DNA of 64,000 nt from Nitrososphaeraceae archaeon (GCA_040414675.1 JBEDUN010000164.1:3-64002); one strand, 5' to 3'; positions 8,890 to 19,022 are shown, counted from the stretch's first letter. Notes: generated from the letters alone by a model not told the origin. Program-made: numbers and translations.

Positions 8890-10050
8890 ATGACAAATAA
8901 GGTCTGTGTCCTAGGGGCGGGTAGTACCAGATATGGCAAGCTTAACGAGAGTATTATTGAACTGGCCTTGAATGCCTCGAGAGAAGCTATTATTTCTGCA
9001 GGTATCACTCCGAAGGATATCGGCGCCGGATACATATCCAATGTTTTTGGCGCGGCCGACAAACAAGTTCATATTGCACCTGTAATTATGAGCAACCTGG
9101 GAATTCCCTATGTTCCTGGCCTTACTATAGAATCTGCATGTGGTTCTGGATCAGTTATGCTTCGAGAGGCTTTTGCCAACGTCTATGCTGGGTTTTACGA
9201 ATGCGTACTGGCTGTTGGTGTAGAAAAAATTACACATACTGGAACGACCCAAAGTACGACTCTTTTCTCATACTGTTCTGACTTTTTTTATGAGGGTGGT
9301 AATGGCGCTTCTTTTCCAGGCTTATTCGCTTCCATTGCTAGGGCTTATCTTTCGAGCTATGAAGCCACTGAGGAGGATTTGGCAAATGTTGCAGTTAAAA
9401 ACCACGAGAATGGAATGCTCAATCCGAAGGCCCACGTCAAGAGAAGAATAACTGTAGACGAAGTGTTAAAATCTCCTGTCGTTGCTTCACCCTTGAAGCT
9501 ATATGATTGCTGCCCATTTTCAGATGGTGCATCAGCACTTATACTTTGTAGTGAAGATTTTGCGAAATCGGTTGGCCGACCATATGTTGAGATAATTGGT
9601 TCGGGTAGAGGAGCGTCCCCTGCTGCAATACAAGGACGAGAAGACATTACGACTATACCAAGTACAGTCAATGCTGCAAAACAGGCTTACAAAATGGCAG
9701 GTGTTACGCCCAAGGATATTGACTTTGCCGAGGTGCATGATTGCTTTACGATAGCTGAGATAATCGATACTGAGGATCTTGGATTTTTCGAGAAAGGTAA
9801 GGCTGCATCCTTTACTAGGGAGGGAGAGACTAAATTGACCGGAAGAATCCCCATAAATCCTTCTGGCGGATTAAAGTCTAAAGGTCACCCAATAGGTGCT
9901 ACTGGTATCGGACAAGTAGTAGAGGTCTACGAACAGTTTACGGGTAAGGCAGGTCAAAGAACGGTAAAGGATGCAGAAATTGCTCTGACTCACAACTTTG
10001 GTGCGACTGGTGCTAGCGCAGCAGTACATATCTTTAAGAAGGTAAAATAA
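8890..10050 (+). CDS. Archaeal-type thiolase (acetyl-CoA C-acetyltransferase)
   Basis: 386 aa. ESACGSGS (active-site Cys), GHPIGATG and NFGATGAS motifs. Confidence 0.9.
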   Translation: MTNKVCVLGAGSTRYGKLNESIIELALNASREAIISAGITPKDIGAGYISNVFGAADKQVHIAPVIMSNLGIPYVPGLTIESACGSGSVMLREAFANVYAGFYECVLAVGVEKITHTGTTQSTTLFSYCSDFFYEGGNGASFPGLFASIARAYLSSYEATEEDLANVAVKNHENGMLNPKAHVKRRITVDEVLKSPVVASPLKLYDCCPFSDGASALILCSEDFAKSVGRPYVEIIGSGRGASPAAIQGREDITTIPSTVNAAKQAYKMAGVTPKDIDFAEVHDCFTIAEIIDTEDLGFFEKGKAASFTREGETKLTGRIPINPSGGLKSKGHPIGATGIGQVVEVYEQFTGKAGQRTVKDAEIALTHNFGATGASAAVHIFKKVK

Positions 10051-10053
10051 CCT

Positions 10054-10452
10054 ATGCCCAATACAAGACAGGAAGAAGATCGTCACGGTGTTCGGGATAA
10101 ATTTGTTAAATCTGCAAATGAAGGAAAAATTCTCGCGAATAAATGCACTAATTGTGGTCATTATATGCTGGAAACTGTTTATTTCTGTGAAAAATGCGGC
10201 AAGAATACTTTTGATACTGAAGAAGTTGACGGAAAAGGCACAGTGGTTACATATACTATACTCGCAGTGGCGCCCGAGGGGTTTGAAGATGCAGGATCCT
10301 ATGCATGGGTCGTTTTCAAATTGAAAGATAAACCTTTTAGAGCGTCAGGATTTTTGAGTAATATTGCAAATCCAGCTGATTTGCCTATAGGCTCTAAAGT
10401 CACCGTGACTGGTTATGACGAAAAGCATGGTTTACTACTTAAATTAGATTAA
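10054..10452 (+). CDS. DUF35 Zn-ribbon/OB-fold protein (thiolase / HMG-CoA synthase scaffold family)
   Basis: 132 aa. CTNCGHYMLETVYFCEKCG rubredoxin-like ribbon followed by an OB-fold-like region. Starts 4 nt after the thiolase stop. Confidence 0.85.
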   Translation: MPNTRQEEDRHGVRDKFVKSANEGKILANKCTNCGHYMLETVYFCEKCGKNTFDTEEVDGKGTVVTYTILAVAPEGFEDAGSYAWVVFKLKDKPFRASGFLSNIANPADLPIGSKVTVTGYDEKHGLLLKLD

Positions 10453-10623
10453 CTGAACTATCTGACAATAGCAAAATTTACCACGTCATTGTTTAGGATC
10501 ATATCTCGGGAAAAACAAAAGCTGATGACTTCAATATCTGTTACTGACAAAGTCTCGATCACTTTAAAATGATTTAAAAGCTATAAAGTAGGTACAATAT
10601 ATCGACCCCATGTCCGTCAATCC

Positions 10624-11010
10624 TTAACCTAGCTTTTCAAATTTAGCGACCCAATTATCGTCTTTGGTTTCTAGGACTACATTGCCAATAAATGTACCAT
10701 TGCTATACACCTTTGCGTATTCTTGATTAATTCCAAAAAAAGCTTGGAAGAGGTTTCCCTTCTTGTGATATCCTGCCTCTATAACCTTTGCCCCAACTTT
10801 ACTACTCGCGCGGACGACAACCTGCCTCGCAAATGACCATTCGCCTTTCCACGATATCATTTCAAATTCTCCAAAATTTCTTGTTGTGAGAAATTTGCTA
10901 CTTGCTATGGCCTCAAATTTTTTGTTGTGTTTCTTAGAGTAAGTATTCATCCAGTCTACACATCTATTGGACTTAGACCTTTCAACTGCAAAATTATTGG
11001 CTCCAGCCAA
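10624..11010 (-). CDS. Hypothetical protein
   Basis: 128-aa ORF with a non-ATG start, no competing ORF and no recognisable motif. Confidence 0.45.
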   Translation of the reverse strand: MAGANNFAVERSKSNRCVDWMNTYSKKHNKKFEAIASSKFLTTRNFGEFEMISWKGEWSFARQVVVRASSKVGAKVIEAGYHKKGNLFQAFFGINQEYAKVYSNGTFIGNVVLETKDDNWVAKFEKLG

Positions 11011-11186
11011 TTCAAGCTACTACATATCGATTGAGTATTTGTGCATTTTTTCTTTATCTCCTGTTTTGCCTGCCCCAGTCCAACACAAAAGTCTGGTCGA
11101 GTCCACCACGAGACTAAATTTCCAATTTGAAAGTAGTGATACGCTGGAGTAAGATTCAGTATTGGTTCCTACTTGTTAGTTCTATA

Positions 11187-11327
11187 TTAAGGAATAAGGT
11201 ATACCAAAAAGCTCCCAAGAATGATTCCAGCAACAATTAGACAAGTCACTATGATTCCTTTTTTTGTAGTCCTACGTTTGGTTTTGTTTACCTCGTTACC
11301 ATATCCTTCTTCCAATAGTGTACTCAT
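11187..11327 (-). CDS. Possible small single-TM protein (46 aa)
   Basis: My own translation: MSTLLEEGYGNEVNKTKRRTTKKGIIVTCLIVAGIILGSFLVYLIP*. Basic stretch followed by one hydrophobic helix. Below the ORF-track size cut-off. Confidence 0.25.
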   Translation of the reverse strand: MSTLLEEGYGNEVNKTKRRTTKKGIIVTCLIVAGIILGSFLVYLIP

Positions 11328-11874
11328 TTCGGTATCATCTCTTATATATTTCACTCCGTATAATTTTGGAGAAACAATCTCAAGAATATGATAAAACTGA
11401 AATATGTTACTATTGTAATCGTTCGTTCTAATGGAAATATTGCGTGGTGAAATACATCGAGAATTTCAATCGAATTCGATCAGGAGAACAATGTTATCTA
11501 CTTGATCATGTTGGTATGCACCTTAGTCAGCTTACCTGTGACAATAAATTTAACCCACACTGTATTTTACTACATCTTCATTTTTCCTAGGCACGCATAT
11601 TGGTTCTACTTACTGATTTGACCGATTGATCACTAATCTTGCTCTTAGTAGTTAGATTAAGAACTTGTACTAATGGCCACACAATGGTTAGAACTCAAAG
11701 TCATTAGAATTTGGGACGACATATATCTAATGCGAAAATCGCAAAGTACTCAAAGATATATATTGTGCCAACTAAACTATATTAGGTATGACATTGCAAA
11801 ACGAAACTGTAGGAGCGATGTTTTGAAGTATAAGGGTAGTTTCTATTCAAACATGAGAGTGACCGCTATAGAAT

Positions 11875-12378
11875 ATGGAAAGGGAAATTAATAATTCATC
11901 CAAACTCCAATGCCTATATAGCAGATATAAAGATATAATATTTTTCAACAAGAATATTATTTTGTCTGGATTGGCATCTTTAATAGTGGGCAGTATAATT
12001 ACTCAGGTTTATGCGTTACACTATGGATATACGAACAATTTTGCGAATTCTGTTGTATCCCTAGCCGCGGAATACTCTGTTTTCTTTCCACTTTTTGCTT
12101 TCTTGTACTATCGTGATAATAAATTTAGATACGTAGATTCAGCTACTGGGAAAAGAAAAGGTGATATAATTAAGACCGACGTCAAAAAATTGATTGCAAC
12201 TTTTTCTGTGTCGGAAATGATTTACTCGTCATCTAAAGTCATAATAGGATACCAAATGCTTCAAATGGCATTGTTAGCGCCGTACCAAGCTGCCGTTGCC
12301 AGTACTATGATGTCCTGGATTTTGTCAGCAACTTCAATAAATGTTATGATAAAGGTACTTAAGCTTTTTAAAAGATAG
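11875..12378 (+). CDS. Small 4-TM membrane protein, function unknown
   Basis: 167 aa with four hydrophobic segments and a basic central loop (RDNKFRYVDSATGKRKGDIIK). Confidence 0.55.
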   Translation: MEREINNSSKLQCLYSRYKDIIFFNKNIILSGLASLIVGSIITQVYALHYGYTNNFANSVVSLAAEYSVFFPLFAFLYYRDNKFRYVDSATGKRKGDIIKTDVKKLIATFSVSEMIYSSSKVIIGYQMLQMALLAPYQAAVASTMMSWILSATSINVMIKVLKLFKR

Positions 12379-13040
12379 TTGCTTGAATGTGTTAGTGTTA
12401 TCAATATTCTAAGCTAGCCTTACTCGTGTTGAATAGCGTAATAAATGTAGAGAGAATCTAGATTAATCGATATTTCCCAAGTGTAAGCAATAAGCTTGTT
12501 AACCAAAGATTATTCTAAGTAAATCTCTTCGTGTAAACTAGTCCTTTTTAACATTATTGACAAATAAAAATATCTTTTAATCATTTTGACATAGAAAATC
12601 GTAACTTCGATAATATTGTATATCTATGAATTTATGCAATCCATAATCTTAGCAAGCAATACCAAATTGAAAACAAGGATCTGACAAGCAGCCACTTAAT
12701 ACTCGTGCTAGTTTCAACCTCACTATTAGTTCCAAGGATGTCATCTACATGTCATATTAGATCTATAATTTTGAACTTCAGATCCCCCGAGGGCACAGAT
12801 TCTATAAAGCTAACTGACCCAAATTTAAAAGAATTAAATTGAGACTAGGATTCCTGCGTGGCAAGAATGAGATAATGCACATTCACGTTAATTAACAAGA
12901 AGATACTTACTAGGGACAAAAATAAAATTTATTCTATTTAGGGTATGAAACTAGAATGGTGGTTCTGGTCAAGAGAAGGAATACTTAAATTGTCTCCTCA
13001 ATCCCCTATATTATCTCATTCCATGAGGTCTAAGAAATAG

Positions 13041-13706
13041 ATGGAAATTGATCATTGCTCATTTCCAGAGGATGTGCTTTACGATCCGGATAATTTTGTG
13101 TGGGCGAAGTTTGAAGGTGAAAGATTGGTTCGAGTTGGTATTACTTCTGTTCTTTCCTCATTAGCTGGTAGATTGATCAATGTTTCTCTAAAGAAAATAA
13201 ATTTGAACATCGCAATGGGGAGGAGTCTGGGCACCATAGAAAGCGGTAGATATTTTGGGGTAGTGAGATCTCCTGTTACGGGAAGTATAGTCGAAATTAA
13301 TAATGCAGTAGTGAATAATCCTAAGATAATAAATGAATTTCCTTATACTGATGGGTGGATCTCAGTTATTAAGAACGAAAATCTGAACTCGGAAATCAAA
13401 TATCTCAGTACAATTCAAAGTTGTCGTGATTTCATAAGATCTCAGATACACCGACTGCATACCAGATGCTTTGTGGCATTTCCAGACCACGAAATGTATG
13501 AGATGGGAATAGAATGCTCCTCAACTCTTGCGAAATTAGATGACTTGATGAAGCGAGTTAATATAGGTGACGTAATTCACGTAGTTTCAGATGACGTAAC
13601 CGCCGATCTGGAGATGATGAGATGGTCGGAGCTTCGTTCTCAACCCATACTCGAGATGAGACAAGAGAAGAATCTCTTCCATATCCTAGTAAAAAAGTCC
13701 TCCTGA
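13041..13706 (+). CDS. Fusion protein: GcvH-like domain lacking the lipoyl-lysine, plus a TusA/SirA-like domain
   Basis: The N-terminal half aligns to the glycine-cleavage H pattern (VRVGITS...GTIESGRYFGVVRSPVTGSIVEINNAV..NP..IN..PYTDGW), but ESVK is replaced by ESGR. The C-terminal PDHEMYEMGIECSSTLAKL...GDVIHVVSDD...ILVKK parallels TusA PDHTLDALGLRCPEPVMMV...GETLLIIADD...YLIRKG. Confidence 0.65.
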   Translation: MEIDHCSFPEDVLYDPDNFVWAKFEGERLVRVGITSVLSSLAGRLINVSLKKINLNIAMGRSLGTIESGRYFGVVRSPVTGSIVEINNAVVNNPKIINEFPYTDGWISVIKNENLNSEIKYLSTIQSCRDFIRSQIHRLHTRCFVAFPDHEMYEMGIECSSTLAKLDDLMKRVNIGDVIHVVSDDVTADLEMMRWSELRSQPILEMRQEKNLFHILVKKSS

Positions 13707-13856
13707 TTCATTCTGATTTTTAATATAAAAGTATTTAGTTCTAATGTCCGATGTTTGTTGCAGTTTGGGATTCGTGTCGGACATATTATTGTCGTTCATT
13801 TGATCTAGTATGGGTAAACTACGAAGTTCCTCACTTCAAAAGTCATAATAATCTAA

Positions 13857-14027
13857 CTATTCTGAGCTCATTCCATGAATATTCGATCTATTTCCATCTC
13901 GAAAATGTAAACTTGTTGGTGAGGGTATAGGTAATATGGTACTAGAAGGATTAACTGCGATCAGCGTGGCACTTAAGCCAATTATTACGATACTTATCAA
14001 AATAATTAGAACTATTTTCTTATTCAT
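13857..14027 (-). CDS. Possible small signal-anchored protein (56 aa)
   Basis: My own translation: MNKKIVLIILISIVIIGLSATLIAVNPSSTILPIPSPTSLHFRDGNRSNIHGMSSE*. Confidence 0.25.
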   Translation of the reverse strand: MNKKIVLIILISIVIIGLSATLIAVNPSSTILPIPSPTSLHFRDGNRSNIHGMSSE

Positions 14028-14215
14028 TGATTGAAAAGTGAGCTTATTATTTAAAATAAATGCTTCGAGAGGGCTTTTTCAAAATCCAGACAATAGTAGG
14101 TATCAATTAGGGGCTCATTCATAATCCCTAATATATTTCGGGTAAATGTCCTAGTCAGATTTTGATTCTGGACCAAGCAGTTGCTTTGGAGCAAAGAATA
14201 GATCTATCTTGACGC

Positions 14216-15349
14216 CTAATCAAATGGAATTGGGAGCTTTGGCATTAGAGCATTTTGATCGAACCCTTTCTTCACCTCATCGATAATTTTATTGGACAAA
14301 TCGTCCACTCTGTTACCAATGTTGTTTACGGTATTTTGAGGAGAAGAGGCCTTGAATGTTGCGCTTATCGTTTTATCCTTATAACCAACTGCCGAAATCT
14401 TTGAGTAGATGTTGTATGTAGATTCAGAATTTCCTTCATCTGTCATTTTCCATGATTTCGATATTTTCCCGTCCGGACCTGTAAAGCCCACGAATTGTCT
14501 TTCTAGAATCGATGACGATGTTGGTTGAACATCAGTTGTTACCTTTGCACCGGCTATCTTGGCATTAGTTGTGCCATCTGACACGATAACCTTGATTGTT
14601 TGCTTTTGACCAGGTGTGATGGGATCTTTGCCAACATCTAAGAATGCAACAAGTGTACGCGGAATATTCACACTAGCATTTGTTTTAGATACAATGTTGG
14701 TAGGCTGAATGGGTTTATAAGTTGACGCAGTAAATTGTATCGGGCTTGTCTTGCTTGAATTCGCTTGTAATAGGCTAGTCTTGGATTGATTCTGAACATT
14801 GAGAACCGGTATCTTTGCGGTCGAATGGCTAGGCTCGGCTAATTTGTCCGACGTACCTGTAATATTAATACTATACCATTTGGAAATTCCAGTGGGCTGG
14901 TTTGGATTATTACAGGTCAGCTTTGATGTAATTTTATTTAGCCCAGCCTTAATTGAACCATTTTTGTCATTGATATTATACTTCCATGAGGAGAAATTTT
15001 CCCCTCCGGAAGTACTTTTCCCAGTTGGTATGGTTTTTTGGTAAGGCTTCATGTCATTTAACAACAACGATACCTGGCAGTCAGTACTGGGATTATCAGA
15101 GGATACACCAGAAACAGTTAGGTTGCCACCAGTCGGGACTTGCTGACCACGTGGCGGTGAAACTATTTTTATTATTAGTCCGTTTAGTTGCGGTGACTTT
15201 GATAAGGATGCACTGGAGTTCTGCAGATGAGGTCCAGTCAATGTCCTACTTGAAGTAATAGCTACAACAGGATTAGCCTTAAGACTAATCGACAGAATTC
15301 CAACAAATAACATCACAATGACAATTAATGTGAGATATGAAGTGACCAA
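14216..15349 (-). CDS. Secreted/surface protein, S/T/N/Q-rich, N-terminal signal anchor
   Basis: 377 aa. The N-terminal hydrophobic helix (LTLIVIVMLFVGILSISL) is followed by beta-rich, low-complexity extracellular-type sequence. Confidence 0.7.
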   Translation of the reverse strand: MVTSYLTLIVIVMLFVGILSISLKANPVVAITSSRTLTGPHLQNSSASLSKSPQLNGLIIKIVSPPRGQQVPTGGNLTVSGVSSDNPSTDCQVSLLLNDMKPYQKTIPTGKSTSGGENFSSWKYNINDKNGSIKAGLNKITSKLTCNNPNQPTGISKWYSINITGTSDKLAEPSHSTAKIPVLNVQNQSKTSLLQANSSKTSPIQFTASTYKPIQPTNIVSKTNASVNIPRTLVAFLDVGKDPITPGQKQTIKVIVSDGTTNAKIAGAKVTTDVQPTSSSILERQFVGFTGPDGKISKSWKMTDEGNSESTYNIYSKISAVGYKDKTISATFKASSPQNTVNNIGNRVDDLSNKIIDEVKKGFDQNALMPKLPIPFD

Positions 15350-15740
15350 GATGTCCCAGTCTATTACTCAATACCATTATATTTAGAATCCAAAGCCAAG
15401 TTATATTCACAAAAGATAGAAGTTTCATTCAGGGTTTTCTAGGATTTCTTCTACTAGAAGAAACTTATACTCTTGAAGAAATAATAAGGGTATCTTGTTA
15501 CAAACTAATTTATTGTATCTTGATATTGACACAAGCGTTGTTGGGATGCAGTAGGAAAATCAATACCCTAGTTTAGCGTCACATTTGTCATGATCATGGT
15601 GGCAGTGTATGTATACGTTTACCATGTTAATTTAGTGAGAGTCAGGTTCTAGTTTATCAAACCTGATAACATTTTTATTCAGTTCTCCTAGTAGACCTGT
15701 TATTGATGATTCTCTAAATGATATTGCATCAGAAGTAAGA

Positions 15741-16253
15741 ATGTGTGGTAGCTGTGCACTATTTAAGACTAGAACAAATGCCGTGCCAGGTAATGGTTCA
15801 TCGGTTCTGAAAGTAATGCTGGTAGGCGAAGCTCCTGGAAGGAACGAGGATCAAATTGGAACACCGTTCGTAGGAAAAGCTGGAAAAATTTTAGACAATG
15901 TCCTACGAGTGACTGGAATCGATCGATCCCAAATCTATATTACTAATATCGTGAAATGTAGGCCCCCACACAACAGAAAGCCAAAATCAGTCGAGGTAAT
16001 GACCTGCAGAATGTATTTGAATAGGGAAATTGCGGTTCTTAAGCCGAGGATTATTTGCTTGCTAGGCAGGACAGCATACTCGACTCTAATCGGCGGAAAT
16101 GGATTTCGGGCAACCCGAGGTCAAATTTTAGAAAAAAATGGACAGGCCTATTTTATTACATTTCACCCTGCGGCTGCGATATACAACAAGGCTATCGTGG
16201 AGTCATTGAGAATTGACTTTACTAAATTGTCATTTGAACTCGGACTGAAATGA
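15741..16253 (+). CDS. Uracil-DNA glycosylase, family 4
   Basis: CGSCALFKTRTNAVPGNG, GEAPGRNEDQIGTPFVGKAGKIL and HPAA motifs. Confidence 0.85.
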   Translation: MCGSCALFKTRTNAVPGNGSSVLKVMLVGEAPGRNEDQIGTPFVGKAGKILDNVLRVTGIDRSQIYITNIVKCRPPHNRKPKSVEVMTCRMYLNREIAVLKPRIICLLGRTAYSTLIGGNGFRATRGQILEKNGQAYFITFHPAAAIYNKAIVESLRIDFTKLSFELGLK

Positions 16254-16262
16254 AATAAAATA

Positions 16263-16287
16263 CAAACCCTATTTTTGTCCGGGTTTG
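16263..16287 (+). terminator. Hairpin with a T5 tract just downstream of the UDG gene
   Basis: CAAACCC (16263-16269) / GGGTTTG (16281-16287) with the loop tatttttgtcc, starting 10 nt after the stop codon. Confidence 0.25.
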
Positions 16288-16500
16288 GGTGAGGGTCGGG
16301 GGACTTTGTACGTAAAGATGTCTGATTTTTTCTAATTTAATATGATAGAGTTAGAGATCATAATTGCCTCATTTCTTTGCGCCAGTCTACTTCAAACGAA
16401 AACGATACACAATGAAGTGTCGACCGTAATGTGCGTTCTAATCGATCAAGAGTAGTTGGAAAGTTTTTAACGAGGGTGGAATTCTTAAAATCAGTATAAT

Positions 16501-16725
16501 ATGTCGTCGAATTCTGAACTTGGACTTGCTAGCATGTATAGAGTAATCAAAAAATCTGGTGCTGAGAGAGTAAGTGATGAAGCTGCCGATGAACTCAGGA
16601 AGATTTTAGAGGAAATAGCACAGCGAATAGCGACTCAAGCGCTTGATCTCTCAGTTCATGCCGGGCGCAAAACCATAAAATCCGATGACATTAGATTAGC
16701 AGCAAAGAATATCTTGAAACTATAG
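16501..16725 (+). CDS. Archaeal histone (HMf/CBF-NFY histone fold)
   Basis: 74 aa. GAERVSDEAADELRKILEEIAQRIATQALDLSVHAGRKTIKSDDIRLAAK is a canonical histone fold. Confidence 0.9.
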   Translation: MSSNSELGLASMYRVIKKSGAERVSDEAADELRKILEEIAQRIATQALDLSVHAGRKTIKSDDIRLAAKNILKL

Positions 16726-16882
16726 TAAAAAGGGAGTCTATGCAGATATTAAATATATTGAAGTAACAGGATCTTTTTTCTGTTATATAGTTTATCTTAC
16801 TTTATCATTTAGATTTCCTAAAATATCGATTTTTCGGACTCTATAAGTTAAATAAAAAGAAATAGTTTATTTCATATATTAT

Positions 16883-17665
16883 TTGAAAGATGGGAATTTG
16901 GCGTTTGACGCACACATTCATCTGACTGATAACGAATATTCTGGATATCTTCAATATCTGCTTAGCACATTAAGGAGTCTAAGAATTAATTCATGCTCAG
17001 TCACTGTAAACTTAGAGACTTGCATGCGAAGTCTTAGCCTGTTTAACAGTGGAAATAAGGATATTGTAACACAGTTTATAGGTATACATCCAGAATTTGC
17101 TAACGACGACATTGAAGAATTTAAAGAGCTACTGAACCAGAATGAATTGATGGTAGATGGCATTGGAGAAGTAGGATTGGATCCATTGTACGAGTCAAAA
17201 AATCATGTTTTATACGATCAACAGAAATCTGTTTTTAATACAATGCTAAGCTGTGCCGAAAAGTACGGCAAACCAGTATCCATCCATAGTCGTAATTCTG
17301 TAAATGAGATTTTGGATATTATCAGTACATATCGGCTAAATGGGGTGCTTCTTCACTGGTTTTCTGGAACATCTGAACAGTTGAAACGTGCTATGGATCA
17401 GGGCCTCTATGTTTCGTACGGACCGTCTTTGGTATATTCTAAAGTTATGAAGGAATCCTTCTTAAGAGCTGATTTAGAAAGGATTTTGGTAGAAACCGAT
17501 GGACCAGTAAGGTACTATAAGTGCTTTGACAATCTTATTTCACTATCTTCCTCATTCTTGATTAGCGTGATTAATTCAGCATCTTATTTGTTGAAAGTTC
17601 CCTTTCCAATGTTAGCTGAGAAGCTTCTCACAAATTCCAAGCAATTTCTAGGAAGGGGCATATGA
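16883..17665 (+). CDS. TatD-family metal-dependent hydrolase/DNase
   Basis: TTG start. DAHIHL, GEVGLD, SIHSR, LHWFSG and ETDGP motifs. Confidence 0.85.
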   Translation: MKDGNLAFDAHIHLTDNEYSGYLQYLLSTLRSLRINSCSVTVNLETCMRSLSLFNSGNKDIVTQFIGIHPEFANDDIEEFKELLNQNELMVDGIGEVGLDPLYESKNHVLYDQQKSVFNTMLSCAEKYGKPVSIHSRNSVNEILDIISTYRLNGVLLHWFSGTSEQLKRAMDQGLYVSYGPSLVYSKVMKESFLRADLERILVETDGPVRYYKCFDNLISLSSSFLISVINSASYLLKVPFPMLAEKLLTNSKQFLGRGI

Positions 17666-17690
17666 ACTTCAAAATTTGGATTGTGGATCG

Positions 17691-18419
17691 CTATCTTGTG
17701 TGAGTAAATATTTCGTCCAACGTTACAGTGAATGGTCTTGTACCGGTCAACTTGAACTTGGTCGAGTTTCCTTTACTTCCGATCTTTTGTATATAACCGA
17801 GTTTGCGGAATATATCCAATGCAATTTTCCCACGTTGTCTGTTGTTACCACAAGCGATTCTGTCCTTATCTTGTAGATTTTGAAGTATGAAACTTCCGTC
17901 AACTGACTCTGCAGAAACATTTACTGCGGCTATCCATAACCTTGAGATGTATGAGTCAGAATCATTTAGGGAACCCATCATGATCGTCTTAGCATTTCCC
18001 ATAGGCTTAGCCAGCAATTGCACTGCAAAATTAAGACTGTCTGTCTTTTTGACGTAGAATCGATAGATATTCTGTCCTCTGAAATATCGTTCATTTTCTG
18101 TGTTGTCGAACCAATAAACATAACCATCCGGCTCTGCCATATATGGTTGAATAATCTCGAGCTCCCGATCAGTTACGGAATTTAGCATTTGTTGGGCTAC
18201 ATCTAGTTTGTCAAAATTCACCACATATCTGCGCTCATGATTCGACTCCAAGGACATAATTATTCCTCTGTCCATCAAGGAACGAATAGCATATTCGAGG
18301 TTCATTTCATAATGACGGCCAGACTCCAGGCGAATTTGATTTTCGGAAAGGACGTTGTGTATGCCATTTCCGATTAGCTGCCTCAATGTCCATTTACGCC
18401 ATTCTTCAACAGACTTCAA
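17691..18419 (-). CDS. Hypothetical protein with probable winged-helix modules at both ends
   Basis: 242-aa ORF. The N-terminal (...YAIRSLMDRGIIMSLESNHERRYV) and C-terminal (...ALDIFRKLGYIQKIGSKGNSTKFKLT) segments look wHTH-like. No family recognised. Confidence 0.55.
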   Translation of the reverse strand: MKSVEEWRKWTLRQLIGNGIHNVLSENQIRLESGRHYEMNLEYAIRSLMDRGIIMSLESNHERRYVVNFDKLDVAQQMLNSVTDRELEIIQPYMAEPDGYVYWFDNTENERYFRGQNIYRFYVKKTDSLNFAVQLLAKPMGNAKTIMMGSLNDSDSYISRLWIAAVNVSAESVDGSFILQNLQDKDRIACGNNRQRGKIALDIFRKLGYIQKIGSKGNSTKFKLTGTRPFTVTLDEIFTHTR

Positions 18420-18433
18420 ATACTGTTTAAAGA

Positions 18434-18910
18434 ATGCTTATCGACGAATATTTAAATCTGCGGCAAAAGCAACTTGCACGACTGATTGGGCAAGCCTTAA
18501 CTCATGTTTTTATAATCCTACTGACAATAAGAGGATCAGTGATTCAGAAATACTCTACCGCGGACCAGGATTTTACCAAAAATCGGCCACTTGAGAAAGT
18601 TTTTGGAAACTGCAATTCAAGAGTTTTAGACTTTTTCGTTATCAATCGGGGGTTGGATTATACTGCAGCTGAAATAAGTACTATTACTCACCTTCCCATC
18701 AAAAGTATTCAAAAATCACTTATCCACCTTATGAAGTGTGGACTTATTAAGGAGCTTAAAGTGGGAAATTCGAGTATGTATGTACTTGACGAAAGTTCAG
18801 AATTAGCACTAGCGTTGACTCAATACGTCGATACATCTTTAAATGCAGAGGTTAAAAATGCAAATATTTCCTTTCCGATTCAATATTCTAAAGATGTGCT
18901 TTCTTTATAA
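18434..18910 (+). CDS. Winged-helix transcriptional regulator; start codon uncertain, probably downstream of 18434
   Basis: LEKVFGNCNSRVLDFFVINRGLDYTAAEISTITHLPIKSIQKSLIHLMKCGLIKELKVGNSSMYVL is a typical archaeal wHTH. The annotated start lies only 14 nt from the divergent gene, leaving no room for a promoter. Confidence 0.55.
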   Translation: MLIDEYLNLRQKQLARLIGQALTHVFIILLTIRGSVIQKYSTADQDFTKNRPLEKVFGNCNSRVLDFFVINRGLDYTAAEISTITHLPIKSIQKSLIHLMKCGLIKELKVGNSSMYVLDESSELALALTQYVDTSLNAEVKNANISFPIQYSKDVLSL

Positions 18911-19022
18911 AGTGCCTAGACAATCTTCTCTGTAGTTTAGTGCCACTTTGTAACTGATAGCGTTCATATTTAACATCGAAACAATAAAGATAAAATATCG
19001 CACCTTTGCCAAATCTACCTAA

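Noticed and set aside
11470-11479. The 10-bp palindrome TCGAATTCGA, and ATTCGAAT at about 33951, share the CGAAT/ATTCG core with the 16-mer operator
   Set aside because: The half-site arrangement and spacing differ. Short AT-rich palindromes are common. I do not count these as further operator copies.
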